Shown here: positions 44,819-55,292 of the stretch, in pieces
Position numbering within the stretch: position 1 is the first letter of the stretch
How the letters are laid out: every line of letters begins with the position of its first letter
IMG/VR virus record: IMGVR_UViG_3300037961_002553
Location: 4,572 to 68,571 of that record
Source: a virus
Lineage: Duplodnaviria > Caudoviricetes
Direction: 5' to 3' (one strand)
Length of the DNA: 64,000 nucleotides
Notes under the pieces: generated by a model
What the model was told of the DNA's origin: nothing
Seen by the model: only the letters and a program-made list of their open reading frames with translations
The model's database searches: none
Translations under genes and position numbers: made by a program

Positions 44819-47800
44819 GCTAAATCTTCCTCCACTAAATCAGTAATTGTGATTGCTCCACCTGTAAATCCTAAAGCAGTAGTAAATCCTAACGCTGTTC
44901 CAAAACCGAGAGTCCGACCTGCGCCTCCCGCACTTCTCTTCCGAACCAACAATTTAAGTTCTTTGGTGTTCAAGGTGTTTAAGAAATTGTAAGAAATCTC
45001 ATTTGATTGTAAATTAGCACTTCTTAATGCTGCTTTTGTTTCTTTACTTGAAATCAGCAGTTCTGAGAAAACATCGGAAAGGTCTTTACTATAACGGCCA
45101 AGTTGTAATTTAATAAAACCAGTAAGTTGATGTTCCATCTCTAATACAATATATTCATTCATTTCAATGTTTTCTCTTGGAATAGAAACATTTACAATAT
45201 CCCCGACTCGTAGTTGATTTATTCCTTTATTTTGCATAGTAAAAGATAATTTTTGATTAAGACGAGAATGAATCATCAAAAGTTTAGTAGCCCTTTTATC
45301 TACTTCTTCTTGAGTAAGTAGTGTATTATCTACCACTTCTAATGTTTTTCTGCCTCTCTTGTTAATTGAACGCAAATCTTTACGAGTAGTCTTATGAGAA
45401 CTACCATAAACAATAATTTCATTAAAGAAATCAAAAAGCGTTGAAACCTTTTCAAATTCAGAAATCAAAAATTCTCCACTATCATCAATTAAAATATCTG
45501 TTCGTAGTGAATCCTCATCCTCTGGGAAAATTTTGAATGTATTGTTTTCTTCAACGAGTTTCATACCCTTTCTATCAAGAACATATCTTATTGCAGAATA
45601 CAAATCTACTCCTTGATAATTCGGTGCTAAATACATTGGCGTATCTGTTGAAGTTGTTATAAATTCAATTCCTTCTTGTTCAAGTAATTCATTGATTAAA
45701 TCTTCACCTTCAAGACCTATACTTACTGTTGAGCCAATACAGGCTCTTGTCGGGTCAATTTTTAAATCTTCCACAGTCTCAAAAGTAAAAGTTTCCGAAA
45801 GGCTTACTACTCCATCCATTTTTGATAGTTCACCAAAATTTAAAATTGTTTGGGTTTCTCCAGTAAATTCAATTCCAGATTTAACCCCTAAAGAAGTTGA
45901 GATTTTATTTTCACCATCAGACATAAAAATACTATATTCATTTTGCGGCAACGCTTCTAAAAAGTTTTTTGATTTTCTCATTACCAAATAGTCTTCACTA
46001 GTGCTTTGTTTATCAGGGTCAATGGCTACATACATTGATAAAAATGCTTCTCTTCTTGGGCCAGTTTTATCTGGTGTTGCTGGTGGCCCTCCACTTTTTG
46101 TTTTTCCTTCAACCCCTTCAACAATATCAATATCTTGTTGAACATTATACATTTTATCTTCTCCTGACATTTTCGTATATTTAGAAGATAAAGTATTCAA
46201 AGAAATTTCTTTTGGTGAAAATTCATAAAAGGTTGTTTCATTTGGTTTAAGGATACGATATGCTTCTTCATCAGTTAAGGTTTTATCAAGAATTAAATTA
46301 TGTTTTCTTGTCCCACTATTAGCCACAGTATGAGAAATAACATAAATTAAATCATCAGGGATAACTCCCTCCATGTTTCTTGAAGAAGTTGTATTTTCAT
46401 CACCCGTAGCAACATCTTCTTGTAAAATAGTGTCTTTTCCTGCTTCGGAAACTAAATAGCAGCCTGTTAAATCTACAAAGTCTATCCAACCAAGACTTTC
46501 ATTATATACATTTAACGAGTAGCGATAAAGAGTTCCATTAGAAGATGTTATTTCTTGATGGGTTTCATCCGAACCATCTCCATCAAAGTCAAACTCATGT
46601 TCACTTGCATCATACCATAATCTAGGTTTTAATCCAAATTTAATGCCTGTGGCTTCATATGGGCCGCTTCCTGAAGAAGTTACGGTATTAACTGTTTTAT
46701 CAGGATATTTATAACGAAAGTTTCTACTATTGCTTGCCAAAACAACTAAATCAGTAAAATTAGTCCCATCATCAAAATTATTTATGTTTCCAGTAGTTAA
46801 AGGAATAGTCACTCCCTTTTCAACTGGATATTTTTGAGCATCTTCAATATCGTAAGTATCTAACACAACAGAAATATTATGTTTATGTATATTTCCTATT
46901 CCTGCAAAAGTCATATAAAAAGCCCTAGATGGCATAATTCTTAAAGTAGAGGTTAAGGCAGGAGCCGCATTTGGATATTTAAATCGTATTGGTGCAACAA
47001 TTCTATCACTAGCACCTAGATTCAAAACAGTAGATGAGTTATTTGAATGCCAACTATTTGAAGAGTCGGACTGGTAATTTTGAGTTACTATTGCTCCTTT
47101 TAAAATATGTGCTCTATCTTGAGATATAAATGTGTTTTTATCCTTTGTGCCTTCTATATAAATAATATCATTTCTACTTCGTTGATAAACAGTTCCTACC
47201 GTAAATGTTCCATCATCATTTAAAAGAGCCGCACTTCCTAAAGTAATTGTTTTTGTTCCGCTATTATAACTACTAACTGTTCCAATTAACTTATAGTTTG
47301 CATCATAGAGAACATCTGTTCCTGTTGGTGGATTTGAACTTTCTACAGTATCTAAAATTAAAGTGGTAGTTGAAGCGGCTAATGAATTTGTAATTGATGT
47401 AGAACTTAAAGTCCCAACAGCAGAAAAGGTATATCCATCAAACTGACCAGCACTTAAATAATTAGCGTCCTTTACTGTTTCTTTTTCAGGATTAAATAAG
47501 TTATAATGAATATCAAAACAGAGTTCTGTTAATCTCATTATACCTACTCTTTTTAAAGAAGATATGTCAGTATTTTCAGCAATAGAAATTGTTTGATAAG
47601 AATTATCTGTAAGTAAAATCTGATTTCCTGATGAAGTTTCGGTATATTCTAAAACGCTATCTTTGACATTTTTATTTTCTAACAAAAATAAATTATATTT
47701 TGATAAAGTTTTATTACCATCCATAAGACTATCTTTTCTTAGAGAAGAATAAGGTAATAAATCACCAGTAATGTATAAAAATAAAGTAGAAGCAGATGTA

Positions 47801-50800
47801 ACTTTTTGGTCTAAGGATGCTATCAAGTTTTCAAGTTGATAAACATTAGTGTCAAATTCATCAGTATATTTAGTATCATCACTAACATTTCTTCTTACTC
47901 TTGAAAGACCATTAAAAATAGAACCATATGCACTACCGAAACCTCGCATATCAAAGTCCATATGAATATCATCACCTGTTCCTGTTTTATCATAAGAACT
48001 TAAGTTATTAGATGAAATATTAGGAGAAAACTTATAATTAATAGTATTATGTTTTATATTTGAACTATTAACATGAGTTTCTCTAAAAGGATATGTAATT
48101 TTAGATGGAGTAAAAGTTAATTGATTAAAATTACCTTTTGATTTAGAGATTGATTTATAGTAAGGCTGTCCATATTTTTTGTTAGTATCTGTATTGCTTC
48201 CGTAAATATTTTCAACATTTAAAGGAACTGCGCCACTTGATGTTAATTTACTATGAGGATGAATTAATATTTTTCCTCCCCACAAATGTTCTCCATTTAT
48301 CAAAAATAAATCATGTGTATCTTTGCTTACAGAATAAATTTTATGTCCAGCAGTTGTAGTAAAGTCTCTATCTAAATATAATAAATTACTCTGGTCAGCA
48401 GTCCCTCTTTGCATTCTTTTTGTTCTAACAAATCCAGCAAAAGAAGCGGTGCTTGCACTTGCACCAATAAATACTGGGTCATTTCGGTCTAAATTTTTAA
48501 TTCCATCATCTGTGGCTTCAATAATGTTTGGTCTTGTGCTATTGATATTTGCACCTGTATGTTCAATAGTTGCTCTTTCTGTTAAAGAATACCCCTCAGA
48601 GTTTCCAAAATTAGGTATTTTTTTACCTAAAGTAATAGGAACATATGGGGCTAATTCTATTACGGTTGTGTTATCTTTCTTTGAAGTTGAAACCACTTCA
48701 AAATCAATTAGTGTATTTACAGTATCAAAGGTTGATTCTCCTGCGCTCCCGTGTTCGTCTTTTAATTTTGATTGAAAGGCAAAGTCATTTGAAATAGATG
48801 ACGGTTTATGAATTGCATATCCAATTGCACCAACACTTGTATTTGCACTACTTGAAACTAAAGAGTCGCTTTCAGCACCGCTTGACATTGTGATTTGGTT
48901 TCCTGCTGTAAAAATTAATCCTTTATTAGCGGCTCCTGTAAGAGAAGAGGGTTTGTTTGTAGCAAGGTGGGATGAACCAAGTGCCTTTGAGAGAATATAA
49001 TTTTTCTCGGTATCAATGTAAATTTTTTCTGAATTGGCTTCTGTTAATGCTGCAGTAAAATTGATTGTTAATGGGTCGCCAGAAGTAGAAGTAATTTCTC
49101 CTATATATCCATTAACCGTGAAAATTTTATCGCCTGTTGTTGGAACAATATCAAAGTCCGATACTGCAATCCCTGTTGCTTTTGTTGTATCTCCTAAAGC
49201 GATTGAGAGTGTAGTAGAATCAATCTGTGATAATTTATTATACGGGCTATTGCTAGAATAAATAATATCTTCAGTAAACAAAGTATTTAAATTCACAACA
49301 GGAGAGAGTAATTTACTAAACTTATCTCTTCCCTGAATTTCCATAATTGTTTGCCCATTTTCCTTTTTATTCTCAATATTTTCAATTTCACCATTAAATC
49401 TTTCAATAAAAATTTGATATTGTCCTTTAGCAAAACTCAATGGGTTAGTATGGTATGAATCGGTATCAAACGATAGCGTAATCATTCCTTTCGTATTATC
49501 ACAAGCGGTAATTGTAGCAAACCTTTCATTGTGGTTTAATGATGTAAAAGCAACATACATCTTGCTAAACCTGCCATTTAATAGTGAAATATCAAGCATA
49601 AGTGTTCCGTCAGTTGCGTTATATGCTCGCCTGTGAAGCACATCTCCGCTTGTTGGGGTCGTGGACTGTGCGGTAAAAGAAGCGTCGTTCTCCGTTCTTA
49701 CATAGGGGTGTGTGGACGACTGGAAGGTTATCTCTTGGGTTGTTCCAGACAGGCTTCCAAAGGATTGAACAATTAAAATGTTATTTCCTAACTTGACCTC
49801 ATCTCCTGCATTTAGAACAGTATTTAAATTATACTCAGTATTGAAAGAAAATACTGCATTAGAAGTCTTTGAACTATATGTTGCGGCTAAAGCGAAAAAC
49901 TCGTTCATATCACCACGATGAATGTTATGTCGCACACGATATGCGTCAAACTCTTTCACTTTTCTTGGCATAATTCTGCCGTTATCAATGACAGAGGTTT
50001 CTGCAAATCCACCCTTTCCATCAATTGATTCTGTGTTTGTGTGGTCATATACATTGTAAAGAAGATTAGATTTTGTTGGTGAAAAATCGTAATGTAAATA
50101 TCTTTTTGGCCCAGTATATGTGGGAGAATTGATTTCATCATCGCCCATTCTTCTTGCATTTGGGTATGCCCCTTGATAACTTGAATAAGATAAAGAAACA
50201 GTTCCTCCTTCGTTTTTAGTGGTGCTTCCTCCACCACCAACATCTAAATCTCTTAATTTATCTGTTAATGTGACTCTATGAGTAAATCTACTATAATCAA
50301 TAACTACTTTACCAAAGTCTTGAACAGTCCTAAATGTAATAGCATTTGTTGTATCAAAGGTATGAGAAGTGGTGGATATGCTGGCGTGTTTTTGCATAGC
50401 ATAATATTTGGTATTGTGGTCTAATTCATTGTTCTTATCAAGCAATCCATTAAAGAAATAAAACAAAGGTCTAGCACATGAAAGTTTATCTTCTAAAGTA
50501 AGGCTTGAAGTATTGTTTAGAATACCAGCAGAGAACGCAAGAATATTATTGTTGGTTATTGCGTGTCCCTTGAAAATCATAAACTTCGTATCTTTAGGAA
50601 TTTCATTTCCTAACTTTGGTTCAAACTCAAAAGCATCTCCCGCAGAATCTTCTGCTAAAATTTCTGTAATTCTAGCAAAATGATGGCGAGTATCTGTGTC
50701 CGAATATACTAAAACAAAGTAATAGTGAGTAGCAAAGGCGGCGGGATTAAATTGTATTCCATCTGTTGTGAGGGCATCATAGCACTTAATTCTAAACCCT

Positions 50801-50982
50801 TTGGTTGTATTTAGATTAGAATATTGAGTAGTTCCTGTAAAGACTTCTGTTGTAAAAGTGTTTGCTCCATCAGCAGCGATAGCCGTAAAAATACGCTCAT
50901 CATTATTTATGGAGGTGTCTTTAAATAAAGGGTTTGTTGGAGCATCATCTTTATCTCCTGCTGGATTCAAGTCAAAACTCAT
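44815..50982 (-). CDS. very large tail tip / hub protein (2055 aa)
   Basis: MEIQGRD hub-like motif; C-terminal NEIIVYG...LRVGDIVNV; downstream of the tape measure gene. Confidence 0.7.
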   Translation of the reverse strand: MSFDLNPAGDKDDAPTNPLFKDTSINNDERIFTAIAADGANTFTTEVFTGTTQYSNLNTTKGFRIKCYDALTTDGIQFNPAAFATHYYFVLVYSDTDTRHHFARITEILAEDSAGDAFEFEPKLGNEIPKDTKFMIFKGHAITNNNILAFSAGILNNTSSLTLEDKLSCARPLFYFFNGLLDKNNELDHNTKYYAMQKHASISTTSHTFDTTNAITFRTVQDFGKVVIDYSRFTHRVTLTDKLRDLDVGGGGSTTKNEGGTVSLSYSSYQGAYPNARRMGDDEINSPTYTGPKRYLHYDFSPTKSNLLYNVYDHTNTESIDGKGGFAETSVIDNGRIMPRKVKEFDAYRVRHNIHRGDMNEFFALAATYSSKTSNAVFSFNTEYNLNTVLNAGDEVKLGNNILIVQSFGSLSGTTQEITFQSSTHPYVRTENDASFTAQSTTPTSGDVLHRRAYNATDGTLMLDISLLNGRFSKMYVAFTSLNHNERFATITACDNTKGMITLSFDTDSYHTNPLSFAKGQYQIFIERFNGEIENIENKKENGQTIMEIQGRDKFSKLLSPVVNLNTLFTEDIIYSSNSPYNKLSQIDSTTLSIALGDTTKATGIAVSDFDIVPTTGDKIFTVNGYIGEITSTSGDPLTINFTAALTEANSEKIYIDTEKNYILSKALGSSHLATNKPSSLTGAANKGLIFTAGNQITMSSGAESDSLVSSSANTSVGAIGYAIHKPSSISNDFAFQSKLKDEHGSAGESTFDTVNTLIDFEVVSTSKKDNTTVIELAPYVPITLGKKIPNFGNSEGYSLTERATIEHTGANINSTRPNIIEATDDGIKNLDRNDPVFIGASASTASFAGFVRTKRMQRGTADQSNLLYLDRDFTTTAGHKIYSVSKDTHDLFLINGEHLWGGKILIHPHSKLTSSGAVPLNVENIYGSNTDTNKKYGQPYYKSISKSKGNFNQLTFTPSKITYPFRETHVNSSNIKHNTINYKFSPNISSNNLSSYDKTGTGDDIHMDFDMRGFGSAYGSIFNGLSRVRRNVSDDTKYTDEFDTNVYQLENLIASLDQKVTSASTLFLYITGDLLPYSSLRKDSLMDGNKTLSKYNLFLLENKNVKDSVLEYTETSSGNQILLTDNSYQTISIAENTDISSLKRVGIMRLTELCFDIHYNLFNPEKETVKDANYLSAGQFDGYTFSAVGTLSSTSITNSLAASTTTLILDTVESSNPPTGTDVLYDANYKLIGTVSSYNSGTKTITLGSAALLNDDGTFTVGTVYQRSRNDIIYIEGTKDKNTFISQDRAHILKGAIVTQNYQSDSSNSWHSNNSSTVLNLGASDRIVAPIRFKYPNAAPALTSTLRIMPSRAFYMTFAGIGNIHKHNISVVLDTYDIEDAQKYPVEKGVTIPLTTGNINNFDDGTNFTDLVVLASNSRNFRYKYPDKTVNTVTSSGSGPYEATGIKFGLKPRLWYDASEHEFDFDGDGSDETHQEITSSNGTLYRYSLNVYNESLGWIDFVDLTGCYLVSEAGKDTILQEDVATGDENTTSSRNMEGVIPDDLIYVISHTVANSGTRKHNLILDKTLTDEEAYRILKPNETTFYEFSPKEISLNTLSSKYTKMSGEDKMYNVQQDIDIVEGVEGKTKSGGPPATPDKTGPRREAFLSMYVAIDPDKQSTSEDYLVMRKSKNFLEALPQNEYSIFMSDGENKISTSLGVKSGIEFTGETQTILNFGELSKMDGVVSLSETFTFETVEDLKIDPTRACIGSTVSIGLEGEDLINELLEQEGIEFITTSTDTPMYLAPNYQGVDLYSAIRYVLDRKGMKLVEENNTFKIFPEDEDSLRTDILIDDSGEFLISEFEKVSTLFDFFNEIIVYGSSHKTTRKDLRSINKRGRKTLEVVDNTLLTQEEVDKRATKLLMIHSRLNQKLSFTMQNKGINQLRVGDIVNVSIPRENIEMNEYIVLEMEHQLTGFIKLQLGRYSKDLSDVFSELLISSKETKAALRSANLQSNEISYNFLNTLNTKELKLLVRKRSAGGAGRTLGFGTALGFTTALGFTGGAITITDLVEEDLA

Positions 50983-52142
50983 TCATCCACCTCCTCAAAT
51001 CGTAAATATAAAACAGTATTATTTAGATTAGGCATTAGATTATTAACTGCGCTAAATTCAGTTTTTCTAATATTCATTATACTTAACTCATGCAATTCTC
51101 CCATGAATTGATTATTGGTAGTGGCTGAATTAGCCCCTGTTGCACCTCCACCATTCGCCCCAATATAGAAATCCTCTCCTTCCATTGTAAAAGAATCTGT
51201 TTGAGTATGGGTTCCTGTTTTGACTATTCTTCCATTTAAGAAGACTAGCACTTCTTTATTTTCATTATCCCATGAGCAAGCAACATGATAAGTATTATTT
51301 ATGTAAGAAGGTTCAAAGAAATCGTCATGTATAAATATTTCACTACCCGAAGAAACAGAAACAGAAGGGTCTAATTTTAAAGTGAGTGCGCTAGATGTAG
51401 CAGAATCAACAATACCAAAGGAAGTAAAAGTAAAACCATCTCTAATAAATACTTCTTTTCCATCAAAAACATATTGATTTGCATTAGATAAATTAGCAGC
51501 CTTACTTGAAAAGGCACTTGTAGTAGAACCAATTGATTTATACTTTACTTTTCCATCTTCTTCAAAGCCCTTTTCCACAAAAGAATCATATTGACTCCCA
51601 AGATTCGGAGCAATCACCGCATCGCTTGTAAAGTATTCCATTGATGCAGTTCCTAATTTAATTCCAACTTTAATTTTGTATCTTGCTGGATTATTCTCAT
51701 TGTGTAAAGTATCATTCACTAAACTCACTTGAAAATTTGTGCTGTGAAAAATTCTCATTTCGTGTGTAATTCTGCTGGCTCTTGGTAAATATAATTCACT
51801 TTCAAAATTATTTTGTTCAGTAGCAGTAAAAACTGCTTGACTTAATCCAGGCATTATTTTCTTATTGTTTGCATTAAAAGAATGCCCACTACCGATAGAA
51901 GTTTGTGTTATATTATCGGGTTTAGTGATAGAACCAGCCGTTCTGTAAGTCCCATAGCCATTAATCTCATAAGGAGTTAAAACGCACTCAAATGTAAAAT
52001 TGTTGTCTAAATCCCAAAGACCGTAGGGAATACCTGTTCCTGTTGAAGCAACATTATCTGTATAGTCTAAAGTCAAAAAACCATTACACATAATCGGAAA
52101 AACAAGCGAGCGTTGTTTTCCTGTGAAAATAGCATATGACAT
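50979..52142 (-). CDS. tail protein with a LamG/concanavalin-like domain
   Basis: FTFECVL...YHVACSWD...VFLNG...FYIGA...FMGELHELSI. Confidence 0.75.
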   Translation of the reverse strand: MSYAIFTGKQRSLVFPIMCNGFLTLDYTDNVASTGTGIPYGLWDLDNNFTFECVLTPYEINGYGTYRTAGSITKPDNITQTSIGSGHSFNANNKKIMPGLSQAVFTATEQNNFESELYLPRASRITHEMRIFHSTNFQVSLVNDTLHNENNPARYKIKVGIKLGTASMEYFTSDAVIAPNLGSQYDSFVEKGFEEDGKVKYKSIGSTTSAFSSKAANLSNANQYVFDGKEVFIRDGFTFTSFGIVDSATSSALTLKLDPSVSVSSGSEIFIHDDFFEPSYINNTYHVACSWDNENKEVLVFLNGRIVKTGTHTQTDSFTMEGEDFYIGANGGGATGANSATTNNQFMGELHELSIMNIRKTEFSAVNNLMPNLNNTVLYLRFEEVDE

Positions 52143-52151
52143 AATAAAACC

Positions 52152-52778
52152 TCAAGGAAGAACGGTAGCAACGGCAAACTCCATAGAAAAGGAAATATCA
52201 ACAGATTCTCCTGTCATTTCATAAGAAAAATTTTGAACAAATCCCGAAAGACCTGAAGAAGTTGAGGAAGTAGGAAATGGTTTAGCCAAAACAACATTTG
52301 TGTTATCTTTTTCTAAAGAACCACCTCTTGAAGCAAAGGTTAAAGGAATGTTTCTTTCAGCAACCTGTGAGTAGTTTTCATCCACCTTTGAAGGAATCAA
52401 AATGACTAATTCATTAATTGCTTGATAAGAAGCCAGACCTGTTGAATCAACACCAGACGCAATCATTTGAGCCAATTCTTGAGGAGTAAAATCAAGAGAA
52501 GTGGGGGTGCTTCCTGTTTTTGTGTGTGTTCTTTGAATGGCGGTTTCAGTAATAAATCCACTTAAACTAATTCTTTTGTTTGACATTCCTAAATCTAATG
52601 CGACTGTTGAAGATTCTCCTGTGGCTAATCCACTTAAAGGAATAGGGATTGCAGGAATTGTTTTATCAACAGAAACACTTACAGTATTTACTCTAAGAGG
52701 TATGGTATCAATAGAAGCACTACTTCCTGAATGGTTTTGCAGTTTCAAATAAACGAAATAGTCTGTCATTTGTATCAC
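52152..52778 (-). CDS. distal tail-like protein
   Basis: Immediately after the tape measure gene; beta-rich. Confidence 0.55.
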   Translation of the reverse strand: MIQMTDYFVYLKLQNHSGSSASIDTIPLRVNTVSVSVDKTIPAIPIPLSGLATGESSTVALDLGMSNKRISLSGFITETAIQRTHTKTGSTPTSLDFTPQELAQMIASGVDSTGLASYQAINELVILIPSKVDENYSQVAERNIPLTFASRGGSLEKDNTNVVLAKPFPTSSTSSGLSGFVQNFSYEMTGESVDISFSMEFAVATVLP

Positions 52779-54544
52779 CTAAATGTGCTAGAAGAAGTGC
52801 TTCTGTTAATCTTTGAATTAATCATTCGTCCGATTTCATCGGCCATTCTTCTCATCTCTGCCTTTGAAGTGTCCTTTGCATTAATAGTAATATTGAAATT
52901 ATTTACTGTTCCGCCAGCCCTTCCTCTTGAATTGCTATTTGAATGGACTCTTGAACCTGCTGGTAATGAAACTAACTCTGGGCCTTTTTCACCAACAAGT
53001 TGCATTCCTCCTGTAATTAGACCACCAGAAGCAAATCCTAATTTATCCTTCACACCACCAAAGAACTTCTTAACTTTCTTTCCTGATGGCAAAACTTCTT
53101 TTAATTTACCCCATATCCATTTAAGACCAGTAAAGATAACTATGATTCCAAGAGCAGTTAAAGCCGCAGGTAGCCCAACAAAGAAAGCAATAGCAGCGAC
53201 TACGCCAAGAGCAATTTTGCCGATGTTTTTCTTAAAGAAGTCAAAGTCTGTAAATACCTTGTAAAAGAACTCGCCTATTCCTACAATGAAATTCATTACC
53301 ACTTGAATTGCGAAATCAAATAATGCAAGAACACCCGCATACACAACGCCAATAACTACTTGAAGCACACCTAAAGCAATATCAAGAATACCCTCAATCA
53401 TCATCATTAAGTCGCCATTAATAAGTCCCGTAAAGACCGTCTTAACTCCCTCAAAGATATTTCCAAATCCTGCAAGAACTAGTCCTAAATTTTCTTTAAA
53501 TGTATCAAACGCAGATTTTATCGCAGGCCAAATTGTTTTTCTTATGAGGACTATAACAAGAGCAATACCAGTTAAATACATTAATCCAGTAACCAAGAAT
53601 TGCATAACTGGTGTTTTAATTAGTTTGATAAATTGGTCTGCTATTGTTTTTCCTCTTTCTTTCATGCTCATAACATAAAAATTAGATGCTGCATCTAAAA
53701 ATTTCTTCTCCAATCTTAGTGTTTTTACCTTTGCTTTTAAAAACATCAATTCTAAGAATGCTCTTGCTTTTTCTACTCTTAATGGAACGCCCGCTAAAGC
53801 ATCTTTTGTTTTTGTAAATGCAGTTGTGTTTTTAGCAACAAAACTCCTAAGACCAGCAAGTTCTTTCTTTTTAGCACTATCAACCTTATTTCCTTGTGCA
53901 TCTGTCCCATGCATCAAATAATCGGGTAAAGACTCTAATTCTGATATTCTAGCCCTTGCTTTTGAAACATCTCTTCCACCCGTTCCAAATATTTTTGAAG
54001 GAGAAACTCTTTTTGCTGCCCTACCAATCGTAGTAAAAATATTATTTGCTTCTCCTTCTTCGGGCGCACCCATTTTTAAATTTCTAGTAACTGAGCCTAA
54101 TGTTCTAAACCCAGTTGATAATTTATTTACTAATCTAAACATTCCAGGAGGTAAAAACCCATACATGATTTTTCTAGCATTAGCCGCTTCTAAACCAAAA
54201 ATCTTGACCTGTTCACTTGCAGAAGATAAAGCAACATCAAAGAACTCAAAGATATTTCCGCCAGCCTCTTTGAATGCTTCTCTTGAAGCCTTACTAAAAA
54301 TCTCAAAAGCCTTACCCTGTTTATTTAATGCTGCGGTTGCATCAGTTAATGCTCTTGTTCTCCTTTCAAAACGAATATCTAGTTCATTTTCTGCTCTTAC
54401 CTGTTCCTTAACAACCTTAGTTACTTTTTCAGTTTTTTTCTTAAAATCATCAAAAGTCGTGCCTAATTTGAACATATTTTTTTGCATAACCTCTAGGCTT
54501 TGGTTATACCCACCCATTAATTCTGCTAATGTTCCTCTAGCCAT
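52775..54544 (-). CDS. tape measure protein
   Basis: Long helical and hydrophobic stretch; FASGG...VGEKGPELV motif; follows the tail chaperones. Confidence 0.8.
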   Translation of the reverse strand: MARGTLAELMGGYNQSLEVMQKNMFKLGTTFDDFKKKTEKVTKVVKEQVRAENELDIRFERRTRALTDATAALNKQGKAFEIFSKASREAFKEAGGNIFEFFDVALSSASEQVKIFGLEAANARKIMYGFLPPGMFRLVNKLSTGFRTLGSVTRNLKMGAPEEGEANNIFTTIGRAAKRVSPSKIFGTGGRDVSKARARISELESLPDYLMHGTDAQGNKVDSAKKKELAGLRSFVAKNTTAFTKTKDALAGVPLRVEKARAFLELMFLKAKVKTLRLEKKFLDAASNFYVMSMKERGKTIADQFIKLIKTPVMQFLVTGLMYLTGIALVIVLIRKTIWPAIKSAFDTFKENLGLVLAGFGNIFEGVKTVFTGLINGDLMMMIEGILDIALGVLQVVIGVVYAGVLALFDFAIQVVMNFIVGIGEFFYKVFTDFDFFKKNIGKIALGVVAAIAFFVGLPAALTALGIIVIFTGLKWIWGKLKEVLPSGKKVKKFFGGVKDKLGFASGGLITGGMQLVGEKGPELVSLPAGSRVHSNSNSRGRAGGTVNNFNITINAKDTSKAEMRRMADEIGRMINSKINRSTSSSTFR

Positions 54545-54548
54545 TTAA

Positions 54549-54779
54549 TCACCTAAGATTATTCATGGAACTTTTCGTTGCTTTGTCCATTTCTTCTGCT
54601 TTGATTTTCTCCGCTTCTGCATGGACTATCAATAAATCCTTAACTAAATTAACAGGCATTTGGTATATTTCTAATGGGCTTATTCCAAGTGCTTGAGATA
54701 AAGAATAAACAACAGTAAGAGACACAATTTCAGGGTCAGCAACCTGTCCCTTCAAAGCGGCTCTTACTCTTCTTTTTTT
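54549..54779 (-). CDS. tail assembly chaperone C-terminal extension, reached by -1 frameshift
   Basis: The -1 frame is open from A-AAA-AAA through RRVRAALKGQVADPE... Confidence 0.7.
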   Translation of the reverse strand, partial: KKRRVRAALKGQVADPEIVSLTVVYSLSQALGISPLEIYQMPVNLVKDLLIVHAEAEKIKAEEMDKATKSSMNNLR

Positions 54780-55141
54780 CCTTCATCATCCTCCAACGCC
54801 GTAAATGGATTTGGCAGGACTTCTTTTAATTGATTCCCAATATAGGGTGTGAGTCGTAAAATGTCAATTGCGGAAAGACTTGGTTCAGTCTTTACCACAA
54901 AGTTTTCAACCATGAATTTAAACATAGCATTCAAATCAATGTCCATGTCTTGACGCTTTGCATCAATCTTCATCATACTGTTCATGGCTTTGTCCACCTC
55001 AAGCCATGTGGGTTCTTTGACCCACACTTTGAGGTATTCATCGCTTTCGGGTGCTACACGAATATAGTGTAGTTTTGGCTCGGTTAGTGCAAATAGCACA
55101 CTTTTATCTGATACAATCTTTCTGTTCAACATATTATCCAC
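54764..55141 (-). CDS. tail assembly chaperone
   Basis: Between tail tube and tape measure genes; ends in slippery GGA AAA AAA GAA. Confidence 0.75.
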   Translation of the reverse strand: MDNMLNRKIVSDKSVLFALTEPKLHYIRVAPESDEYLKVWVKEPTWLEVDKAMNSMMKIDAKRQDMDIDLNAMFKFMVENFVVKTEPSLSAIDILRLTPYIGNQLKEVLPNPFTALEDDEGKKEE

Positions 55142-55292
55142 CTTTTATACCAACAAACAAACAAACGGTGTTGGTGGAATATCATTCTTTTAACTTAGAT
55201 TTTGGCTTAGTAGTTTCCTTTTTGGGTTTCTTTTTTACTTTAGATTCTTCAACCCTTTTAAGGTTCTTTTGGAATTTAGAAGGCATTTAAAA

